This document shows positions 17,548 to 23,972 of a stretch of DNA of 32,837 bases, piece by piece. The notes below the pieces were generated by a model. It saw nothing but the letters and a program-made list of their open reading frames with translations. It did no database searches and was not told the origin of the DNA. Made by a program: the position numbers and the translations under genes. How positions within the stretch are numbered: position 1 is the first letter of the stretch; each line of letters opens with the position of its first letter. The DNA comes from a virus. The stretch covers positions 1 through 32,837 of IMG/VR virus record IMGVR_UViG_3300024581_000808; one strand, given 5' to 3'.

Positions 17548-18036
17548 ATGGCAACAAAGAAAATATCACAATTTACAGCAAAGGCAGCAAACTTATCAGC
17601 TGATGATTTATTATTAATTTCTGATTACAATGGTAGTACATATGATTCAAAGTATGTAACAGGAGCTGAAGTATTGCAGGAAGTTATTCAAGTAGCAGTA
17701 TCAGATGAAACTACAGCGTTAACTACAGGAACAGCAAAGTTAACTTTTAGAATGCCTTTTGCTATGACGGTTACAGAAGTTAGAGCATCATTAAGTACAG
17801 CAGGGTCAACTTCAGGAACTACAACAATAGACATTAACGAGGGAGGTGTTTCAATCTTATCTACATTATTAACGATTGATGCAACTGAAAAGACTTCTAC
17901 AACAGCAGCGACTCCAGCAGTAATAAGTGATTCTTCACTTGCCGATGATAGCGAGATTACAATAGATATAGATGCTATTTCAGGTGGTGCAACTGAAGCA
18001 GGTTTAAAAGTTACATTAATAGGAAATAGAGCGTAA
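17548..18036 (+). CDS. Virion protein with a tail-fibre-type N-terminal anchor motif (162 aa)
   Basis: The N-terminus MATKKISQFTAKAANLSADDLLLISDYNGSTYDSKYVTGAEVL is paralogous to that of ORF 11628..12071. Confidence 0.45.
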   Translation: MATKKISQFTAKAANLSADDLLLISDYNGSTYDSKYVTGAEVLQEVIQVAVSDETTALTTGTAKLTFRMPFAMTVTEVRASLSTAGSTSGTTTIDINEGGVSILSTLLTIDATEKTSTTAATPAVISDSSLADDSEITIDIDAISGGATEAGLKVTLIGNRA

Positions 18037-18037
18037 T

Positions 18038-18817
18038 ATGTTTTTAATTAATCCTTATATATTAGGTGGGGGTACATCATACGGTACTTTAACTACTAAT
18101 TGGATAAGTGCAACAGGAGAAACTGATACAACTATTCTAAATGCTTTGAATGATTTTGAAACAGAAATAACAGCTATCGGTTTAAGCAAGTTTTATTATG
18201 TTTACCCATTTGTTGGGGGTACTTCAACTAAGCATTCCTTTAATTTTTTAGATACTTCAAACCATCAAATAACTTGGTTCGGTGGTGTAACACACGATTC
18301 AAATGGTTACACACCAAACGGTACTACTGGTTATGGAGATACAGGTTTCAACACGACTACAGAAGGTGTTGTAACTACAGATTTCGGTATGACTATGTAT
18401 TCAAGAACAGCAAGTATCTCAGGTAATAGATGTCATATTGGTGCATCAACAGGTGCAAGTCAACATTTATTGTTAGAATTAAGTGGTAGTTGGTCGGTAG
18501 CTGCTTTTGACGATTCAAGTTTTTCTTGGTCTGATGCTACAACAAGAAAAGGTATGTTTTCAGTTATTAGAGATGGTTCAAGTAGTCAAAAATTTTATAA
18601 GAATGGAGTTTTTGATAGGTCTGATTCAGGTGTAGATAGAGGTGCTATAAATCTACCTTTATTCTTAGGTGCAAGAAATAGTTCAGGTACTGCATCTTTA
18701 TTCTCAAATTCAAATATAGCTTTACAGGTAGGTCATAAAGCATTAAGCGCTACAGACTTAGCTGCATTAAATACAGCTAATACAAATTTACAAACTGCTT
18801 TATCAAGATTCATATGA
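18038..18817 (+). CDS. Putative LamG/concanavalin-A-like lectin-fold virion protein (259 aa)
   Basis: The C-terminal pattern KFYKNGVF...LFLGARNSSGTASLFSNSNIALQVGHKALSATDLAAL is typical of Laminin_G_3-type domains. Confidence 0.4.
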   Translation: MFLINPYILGGGTSYGTLTTNWISATGETDTTILNALNDFETEITAIGLSKFYYVYPFVGGTSTKHSFNFLDTSNHQITWFGGVTHDSNGYTPNGTTGYGDTGFNTTTEGVVTTDFGMTMYSRTASISGNRCHIGASTGASQHLLLELSGSWSVAAFDDSSFSWSDATTRKGMFSVIRDGSSSQKFYKNGVFDRSDSGVDRGAINLPLFLGARNSSGTASLFSNSNIALQVGHKALSATDLAALNTANTNLQTALSRFI

Positions 18818-19011
18818 TAGTAAAATTAACACAAGCACAAAGAGATTCGTTAGTAGGTGTTCAATTTATGCCAAATACTTACTTTAACTTGGATTTAAAA
18901 GACATTAATAATAATTATGTGATTCACGAAACTGAAATTAATCAATGTAATATAGAATGGTTAAAACAGTTACCTTTAGAAGTGTATGAGCCAAAAGAAG
19001 AAGTTATTTAG
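18814..19011 (+). CDS. Hypothetical protein (65 aa)
   Basis: ATGA-coupled ORF. Confidence 0.5.
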   Translation: MIVKLTQAQRDSLVGVQFMPNTYFNLDLKDINNNYVIHETEINQCNIEWLKQLPLEVYEPKEEVI

Positions 19012-19329
19012 ATGGAACTTTACCAGTACATACTAACAGCATTATTAGCTATTATAGGTTACTTTCTTAGAGATGTCTATTCAAGATATAAGCAACTTGA
19101 AAAAGAACATTGGAAACTGAATGATAGGGCTATGAAATTAGAAGGTAAGATTGACAATTTAAACGAAAAAGTTCCATCTGAAATAGAGAATTTAGAGCGT
19201 ATAATGGACTTAAAATTTGAGCAGTTTAACAAACAGTTTGAAGATTTATCAAGGGCAATTAGACACGCGGAAAGAACTATGAAAACTAATGCTGAAACTT
19301 TTGTACAACTTTTCAATATGAAGAAATGA
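19012..19329 (+). CDS. Lysis-cassette membrane protein (105 aa), N-terminal TM plus coiled coil
   Basis: TM segment ILTALLAIIGYFL followed by a heptad-like E/K region. Lies three genes upstream of the endolysin. Confidence 0.45.
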   Translation: MELYQYILTALLAIIGYFLRDVYSRYKQLEKEHWKLNDRAMKLEGKIDNLNEKVPSEIENLERIMDLKFEQFNKQFEDLSRAIRHAERTMKTNAETFVQLFNMKK

Positions 19330-19547
19330 GAAGAATATTAAGAGATACATTAATGAAGTTAGAAGAGGGTAGATTTCGCTACTCTCGTACTTCTTTAACT
19401 ATGTTTTCAGCTTGGTTATTAGTTATCTATATGGTTATTTACGACTTGTATAAAGAAGGTTTTCGTTATGATGTATTTGTTACTATGGTTGGTGTAGCTT
19501 TAGGTACTAAATTAACAGATTCAATTAGTGAGAAATTAAAGAAATGA
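19326..19547 (+). CDS. Putative holin (73 aa, two TM segments)
   Basis: Two hydrophobic segments (FSAWLLVIYMVIY and VFVTMVGVALG) and a charged C-terminus. ATGA-coupled within the lysis cassette. Confidence 0.5.
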   Translation: MRRILRDTLMKLEEGRFRYSRTSLTMFSAWLLVIYMVIYDLYKEGFRYDVFVTMVGVALGTKLTDSISEKLKK

Positions 19548-19999
19548 AGTTAGAAAAAGTAATTATAGGAGTATTAATATTAGTTTGTGTTTGGTTAGCT
19601 TTTCACAAAGTACCTAAAAATGGTGTAGATATTAAATACATCACTAAGTACGAAAAAAGAATAGACACTTTAATTAAAGATACAATCGTTTATAAGACTA
19701 AAATAAGACGTTTTAAGGACACTATTATTATTTTTAGAGATAGTGTAAGAGAAGCTAAAGAAAACAACGACACAGTCAAGATAATTACATTTCAAGATTC
19801 AGTAATAGAACAACAAGATTATACAATTAAATGGCAAGATACTTTGATAGGTCAATTAGATACTATTATAATGTATCAAAACAGAGTTAACGACAAATTA
19901 AAAGATAGTGTTATTGACTTAAACAAGAAGAAAAAGAAGAGAAAGTTACTGCATATATTGAGTGTTATTGGAATATCAACGTTATTTATAGTTAAATGA
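19544..19999 (+). CDS. Lysis-cassette membrane protein (151 aa), spanin-like candidate
   Basis: N-terminal TM VIIGVLILVCVWLAF, a charged middle region, and C-terminal TM LLHILSVIGISTLFIV. ATGA-coupled to the endolysin. Confidence 0.4.
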   Translation: MKLEKVIIGVLILVCVWLAFHKVPKNGVDIKYITKYEKRIDTLIKDTIVYKTKIRRFKDTIIIFRDSVREAKENNDTVKIITFQDSVIEQQDYTIKWQDTLIGQLDTIIMYQNRVNDKLKDSVIDLNKKKKKRKLLHILSVIGISTLFIVK

Positions 20000-20430
20000 G
20001 AATATCAGAAGAGGGAAAAGATTTAATAAAGTCGTTTGAGGGGTGTAGGTTAAATGCTTACAAATGTTCAGCAGGTGTACCAACTATTGGTTACGGAAAC
20101 ACATATTATCCTAATGGAGACAAGGTGCAGATGGATGATGTTATTACATTACAACAAGCTATAGAATTATTTGATGACCTCATCGTAAGGTATGAACGAA
20201 TAGTTAACAGCAAGTTAAAAGTAGAAGTTAAGCAGAATGAGTTTGATGCTTTAGTATCTCACACTTATAATACAGGTGGATCAACTACATTGTTCAAATT
20301 AGTTAATATGAAAGCTGATAAAGATAAAATTAAGAACTGGTTTACTACAAAGTACATCACTGCCAATGGAAAAAGGTTAAAAGGTTTAGTAATTCGTAGA
20401 CAAAAAGAGTGGTTATTATATAATAAATAG
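19996..20430 (+). CDS. Endolysin, GH24 (T4/lambda-type lysozyme)
   Basis: SFEGCRLNAYKCSAGVPTIGYGNT matches the catalytic-region signature E-G-x-R-L-x-x-Y-x-x-x-x-G-x-x-T-I-G-Y-G. Confidence 0.85.
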   Translation: MRISEEGKDLIKSFEGCRLNAYKCSAGVPTIGYGNTYYPNGDKVQMDDVITLQQAIELFDDLIVRYERIVNSKLKVEVKQNEFDALVSHTYNTGGSTTLFKLVNMKADKDKIKNWFTTKYITANGKRLKGLVIRRQKEWLLYNK

Positions 20431-20470
20431 TTATATTTGTAACGATTTCATAATTAATATTTAGTGTTTT

Positions 20471-20503
20471 AGCCCTTACTGATAAAAAAGTGAGGGTTTT
20501 TTT
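20471..20503 (+). terminator. Intrinsic terminator ending the late/lysis transcription unit
   Basis: AGCCCTTAC-tgataaaaaa-GTGAGGG followed by T7. Confidence 0.8.
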
Positions 20504-20556
20504 ATGCTCAAAATCAACAACTTATAGATCAATTTAAAAATATTTTTATAAAATAG

Positions 20557-20586
20557 TTTGTAATTAAAAAAGAATGTATATATTTG
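20557..20586 (+). promoter_or_regulatory. Early promoter, Bacteroidota type (-33 TTTG, -7 TATATTTG)
   Basis: TTTG at 20557..20560, an 18-nt spacer, and TATATTTG at 20579..20586. It lies 30 nt upstream of the first early ORF. Confidence 0.7.
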
Positions 20587-20616
20587 TCCTATACAAACAC
20601 ACAAAAATAAATAAAT

Positions 20617-20784
20617 ATGTTAGTGATTAAAGACAAAATGTTAGCAAGTAGTTATGACTACTTCACAAGAAACGGAAAAGGTAGCTTTAATTTTGATTTA
20701 TATGCAAGATTATTGACTGCTAAGGGTATCAATCCAGAAGACAAGATTGAGTTTATTAAACGTGCTAAAAACATTAAAAAATGA
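20617..20784 (+). CDS. Early small protein (55 aa), below the ORF-track cutoff
   Basis: MLVIKDKMLASSYDYFTRNGKGSFNFDLYARLLTAKGINPEDKIEFIKRAKNIKK. ATGA overlap with ORF 20781. Confidence 0.6.
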   Translation: MLVIKDKMLASSYDYFTRNGKGSFNFDLYARLLTAKGINPEDKIEFIKRAKNIKK

Positions 20785-20963
20785 GTTCAATTAAAGTAAT
20801 ACAGGAGGGGTTAGAGAAAGACCTATCAATAGCTAAGAAAATGATTTTAGAAGATGAGAATGATTATATAATTATTCAACATTTAATGCAAAGTTTAACA
20901 ATAATTAATAAGCAGTTGCTATTAGAGTTAAAATGGGAAAATAATAATAATGATAAAAAATAA
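20781..20963 (+). CDS. Early small protein (60 aa)
   Basis: ORF-track entry coupled to its neighbours. Confidence 0.55.
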   Translation: MSSIKVIQEGLEKDLSIAKKMILEDENDYIIIQHLMQSLTIINKQLLLELKWENNNNDKK

Positions 20964-20968
20964 GAATT

Positions 20969-21112
20969 ATGGCAGGATGTTATGGAAGTAGTCGAGAGGA
21001 TCTTTATTTTGAAAGAATGTTAGATAGATATTTAGACCAATACGAAGACTACGACGAAGAAGAAGAAAACGAAGAAGAAGAAGAAGAACAAGTTAATAAC
21101 AATAAAAAATAA
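20969..21112 (+). CDS. Early small hyper-acidic protein (47 aa), below the ORF-track cutoff
   Basis: MAGCYGSSREDLYFERMLDRYLDQYEDYDEEEENEEEEEEQVNNNKK. Bounded by two identical TAAGAATTATG junctions. Confidence 0.5.
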   Translation: MAGCYGSSREDLYFERMLDRYLDQYEDYDEEEENEEEEEEQVNNNKK

Positions 21113-21117
21113 GAATT

Positions 21118-21435
21118 ATGGATACATTATGGATTTACGATGGAGTTGCTTACCATTCAAGAGATTTAGCTATTTTACACGGAGCAGATGAATTAAGTTT
21201 ACATTCAGTTAAGTATAATGATACATTAGATGATGATATTGAAATAGATGTAAGATTTGATGAGGTTACTTTCACAGAGTGTTACGATGAGATTCAAATA
21301 AAAACTAATCAAGATCCTGACTTCTTTGAATTAGATTTCAGTATGAGATTATTAAGCAAAGATATGAAAGGTAGAATAGAAGATAAATTATATATCTTCG
21401 CAGAAGAAAGTAAGTGTAACGATTTAGAAGATTAA
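21118..21435 (+). CDS. Early strongly acidic protein (105 aa)
   Basis: By eye about 28 D/E against about 10 K/R residues. No catalytic motif. Confidence 0.55.
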   Translation: MDTLWIYDGVAYHSRDLAILHGADELSLHSVKYNDTLDDDIEIDVRFDEVTFTECYDEIQIKTNQDPDFFELDFSMRLLSKDMKGRIEDKLYIFAEESKCNDLED

Positions 21436-21436
21436 G

Positions 21437-21571
21437 ATGAGAAGTTTAGTATTAGGATTAGTAGTGTTAGTAACAGCAGTAAGCTGTAAAAAAGAAGAGA
21501 TTAAACCACAAACTCAAGAACCTTTAGGAACTCAACAAGAGCAGATGTTAGAAATGAAAATCAATAAATAA
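21437..21571 (+). CDS. Early small lipoprotein (44 aa), below the ORF-track cutoff
   Basis: MRSLVLGLVVLVTAVSC|KKEEIKPQTQEPLGTQQEQMLEMKINK: a signal peptide with a lipobox-like AVSC. TAATG overlap with ORF 21571. Confidence 0.55.
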   Translation: MRSLVLGLVVLVTAVSCKKEEIKPQTQEPLGTQQEQMLEMKINK

Positions 21572-21897
21572 TGAGCCAAGTTACAGATTACGTTAAACGA
21601 GAAGTTTTAGAATTAGTCAAGCAGGGTGTAGATGTTACACCCTCTATGATTACAAAATTAAGAAAAGACTTCATTAACCACAGGAACTATTACAATAACA
21701 AAATCTTAGCTTGTGTAGATGCACAAATCTATAACCACAGAATAAAGAAAACACAATCTGAAGAAGAAGTAGTTACAGTTGATTTAGGTTACAAAAATGA
21801 ATCATACCTAACAGAAGAAGAGATGATCAATGGCTATGTAGCACCGAAATATAGTGAACTATCAATAGCAGAAAAAGAGATTTGGAAAACAAAATAA
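21571..21897 (+). CDS. Early hypothetical protein (108 aa)
   Basis: ORF-track entry. No motif recognised. Confidence 0.55.
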   Translation: MSQVTDYVKREVLELVKQGVDVTPSMITKLRKDFINHRNYYNNKILACVDAQIYNHRIKKTQSEEEVVTVDLGYKNESYLTEEEMINGYVAPKYSELSIAEKEIWKTK

Positions 21898-21905
21898 GTA
21901 AATAT

Positions 21906-22046
21906 ATGTTAATTAAACAGTTAAGAACAAGAAAACAAATGGTTAAAGGTGGTGTAATTAAACAGCGTTATTTTCGATTGCTACACAAAGAACACGCCCA
22001 AGTATTAAAATCTCTAAAATATTACAAAAATGCAGAAGAGAATTGA
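21906..22046 (+). CDS. Small basic ORF (46 aa), below the ORF-track cutoff
   Basis: MLIKQLRTRKQMVKGGVIKQRYFRLLHKEHAQVLKSLKYYKNAEEN. Fills the 21897..22030 gap and overlaps the next gene by 17 nt. Confidence 0.35.
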   Translation: MLIKQLRTRKQMVKGGVIKQRYFRLLHKEHAQVLKSLKYYKNAEEN

Positions 22047-23163
22047 TGAGTTACTATTATCAGGTAAAAGCGTAGCTGATGTAGTTAGAATAGTATCAAA
22101 TGAAACTGGTAAATCACATCAGAACGTAAGATACCACGTTAACAAGATTAAAGATAGAAATAAAGCACTAAGAGAAGAGTGTGAAGAAAAAGGTATAGAC
22201 TTCGATAGTGTGAACTACTATTGGTATAAATCTGAAAAGTTTTCAATTAATGCTACACCTAAAGAAACTGTAGATTATGAGAAAATCATTAGTGACATTT
22301 TAGAACAAAAGTTTACTAAGTTAGAGAAGAAACAAATACCAGAAGTAGAGACATTTGATAGATTAGTATTTACTGATACACACGTTGGTATGGATGCATC
22401 TCGAAAGGGAGTTGCAATGTATGCTGAAGAATGGGGAGGGGAGATGTTATTCCAACGTATTGAAGAAATGGCTAATAAAATGTTATCTTGTAAACGTTCA
22501 AGCGTATTATATATAGACGACTTAGGCGATTATATGGATGGCTTTAATGGATTGACAACAAGAGGAGGTCACAAGTTGCCACAGAATATGACTAATGAAG
22601 AAGCATTTGATACAGGTTTAAAAGCTAAGTTGATGCTTGTTGACTTACTAAGTAAAGAATATGAATACATCACGTTTAATAATGTGTGTAACGATAATCA
22701 CTCAGCATCTTTTGGATATACAGTTAACTCTGCATTTAAGCAAATCTGTGATGTTAAATACAATAATGTAGAAGTAGTTAATCATCTAAAGTTTATGAGC
22801 CATTACACAGTAGGAAACCACGCTTTCGTGATAACTCACGGTAAAGACGACAGGCATATGAAGTATGGATTTAAACCGATATTAGATGCAAAGCAAGTAT
22901 ACAAAATAGACCAGTTTTTAAAGAATGAGGGGATCTATAGAAAAGCAAAGTATATAGAAATAAGTAAAGGAGATTCACATCAATGTTTATTTGATATGTG
23001 TACATCAGATGATTTCCATTATTTTAACTTTGCTGCTTTTTCTCCATCTTCTGAGTGGGTACAACTAAACTTTACGAAAGGTCGTTCAGGTTTTACTATT
23101 ATGCACATCGACAAATACACACCAAATAAATCAATATTTCCTTATTTTTTTAATAACAATTAA
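22030..23163 (+). CDS. Calcineurin-like metallophosphoesterase with an N-terminal helix-turn-helix domain (377 aa)
   Basis: Ordered motifs FTDTHVG (DxH), DDLGDYMDG (GDxxD), CNDNHS (GNH-like) and VITHGKD (GH). The N-terminal SGKSVADVVRIVSNETGKSHQNVRYHVNKIK looks like an HTH. Confidence 0.6.
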   Translation: MQKRIDELLLSGKSVADVVRIVSNETGKSHQNVRYHVNKIKDRNKALREECEEKGIDFDSVNYYWYKSEKFSINATPKETVDYEKIISDILEQKFTKLEKKQIPEVETFDRLVFTDTHVGMDASRKGVAMYAEEWGGEMLFQRIEEMANKMLSCKRSSVLYIDDLGDYMDGFNGLTTRGGHKLPQNMTNEEAFDTGLKAKLMLVDLLSKEYEYITFNNVCNDNHSASFGYTVNSAFKQICDVKYNNVEVVNHLKFMSHYTVGNHAFVITHGKDDRHMKYGFKPILDAKQVYKIDQFLKNEGIYRKAKYIEISKGDSHQCLFDMCTSDDFHYFNFAAFSPSSEWVQLNFTKGRSGFTIMHIDKYTPNKSIFPYFFNNN

Positions 23164-23165
23164 TT

Positions 23166-23450
23166 ATGACAAAAGCAAAACAAAGAAAGCTACAAAGATT
23201 AGCACAGTACAAAATGAATAAGCAAAGATATGACAAAGCGATAATGGTAACCTATGGAGGTTTATTAGCTTTAATAGATTATATCGAAGAGTGTAATGAA
23301 GTGTTCCCTGAACTGGTTACAACATCACTAAAGAATGAAGTAAACAGAACTCTAAACAAGGTTTACGACACTAAAGCAGAACCTGAAGTTATTGAAGAAC
23401 ACAACGAGATAGCAAATTTATTTAGAGAAGTTATTGCTGAATTAAAATAA
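23166..23450 (+). CDS. Early hypothetical protein (94 aa)
   Basis: ORF-track entry with a basic N-terminus and an acidic C-terminus. Confidence 0.5.
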   Translation: MTKAKQRKLQRLAQYKMNKQRYDKAIMVTYGGLLALIDYIEECNEVFPELVTTSLKNEVNRTLNKVYDTKAEPEVIEEHNEIANLFREVIAELK

Positions 23451-23467
23451 TTTATTATATTTGCAAA
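23445..23467 (+). promoter_or_regulatory. Promoter-like repeat copy 1 (AAATAATTTATTATATTTGCAAA, with -7 box TATATTTG at 23456..23463)
   Basis: Exact 23-nt duplicate of 23844..23866. ATTG at 23433..23436 sits 19 nt upstream of the -7 box. Confidence 0.5.
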
Positions 23468-23469
23468 AG

Positions 23470-23537
23470 GGGTTATTTGTCAACTCCGATTTTTAACATT
23501 CTTTACTCTAGCCCCTGTAGAAATACAGGGGTTTTTT
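23470..23537 (+). ncRNA. Candidate short terminated transcript (about 65-70 nt)
   Basis: Predicted only from promoter copy 1 followed by the terminator at 23511..23537. No ORF lies within it. Confidence 0.3.
23511..23537 (+). terminator. Strong intrinsic terminator
   Basis: Perfect 8-bp stem CCCCTGTA / TACAGGGG with a GAAA tetraloop, followed by T6. Confidence 0.85.
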
Positions 23538-23605
23538 GTTAGGTTACACTTTAGAGTAAATAATCCGAAACCTCGCAACTAACATAAAATCAACAAGTTA
23601 AAGCG

Positions 23606-23619
23606 AAAAGTTACAGGTT
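23606..23619 (-). repeat. Inverted copy of AACCTGTAACTTTT
   Basis: AAAAGTTACAGGTT is the reverse complement of 23806..23819. Confidence 0.85.
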
Positions 23620-23717
23620 TCAAGTTTCTCTTAATGTTTCTAAAAGTTCTAACGTAAAAAAAATAAAGTTTAATCAAACAAAAAAAATACATATAGTTTA
23701 TAAATATATATATTATG

Positions 23718-23731
23718 TGTAACCTGTAACC
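23718..23731 (+). repeat. TGTAACC TGTAACC tandem heptamer
   Basis: The 13-mer TGTAACCTGTAAC is identical to 23803..23815. Confidence 0.85.
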
Positions 23732-23802
23732 TATATAAAGAATCCTTAGTGTTTATGGGGGTTTTGAATGTTACAGATTGTTGTTTTTAAACTGAAACCT
23801 TA

Positions 23803-23819
23803 TGTAACCTGTAACTTTT
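23803..23819 (+). repeat. TGTAACCTGTAACTTTT repeat copy
   Basis: Direct copy of 23718..23730 and inverted partner of 23606..23619. Confidence 0.85.
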
Positions 23820-23843
23820 TTTAATATAGTTCGTATTTATATT

Positions 23844-23866
23844 AAATAATTTATTATATTTGCAAA
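23844..23866 (+). promoter_or_regulatory. Promoter-like repeat copy 2 (-7 box TATATTTG at 23855..23862), upstream of the primase-helicase gene
   Basis: Exact 23-nt duplicate of 23445..23467, about 110 nt upstream of the ATG at 23973. The -33 element is weak (TTCG). Confidence 0.5.
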
Positions 23867-23972
23867 TGTGAAGGGACGCACAATTAAAGACATTATTAAA
23901 AAAGGGTTTTAAATTAGTAGGTACGTCCCTCCGAAAGTTTGAAGCCCTTTTTACTTTTTAAAACTTTTATAA

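Larger units (their letters stand above)
23538..23843. other. Candidate replication origin or operator region (repeats plus an A/T-rich tract)
   Basis: Part of the only long non-coding segment. Contains TGTAACC-based direct and inverted repeats and a near-pure A/T tract at 23655..23716 with two A8 runs (23656..23663 and 23680..23687). Confidence 0.4.

Noticed and set aside
20432-20503. A second TATATTTG box (20432..20439) right after the endolysin stop and about 30 nt before the terminator, which could define another short RNA
   Set aside because: There is no TTG-like -33 element at the right spacing and no duplicated context. The hairpin is fully explained as the terminator of the long late/lysis operon. 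Kept only as a weak possibility.
21050-21095. GAA-rich simple repeat (gaagaagaagaaaacgaagaagaagaagaagaa)
   Set aside because: It is the in-frame coding sequence of a poly-Glu tail, not a CRISPR array, satellite or regulatory repeat.
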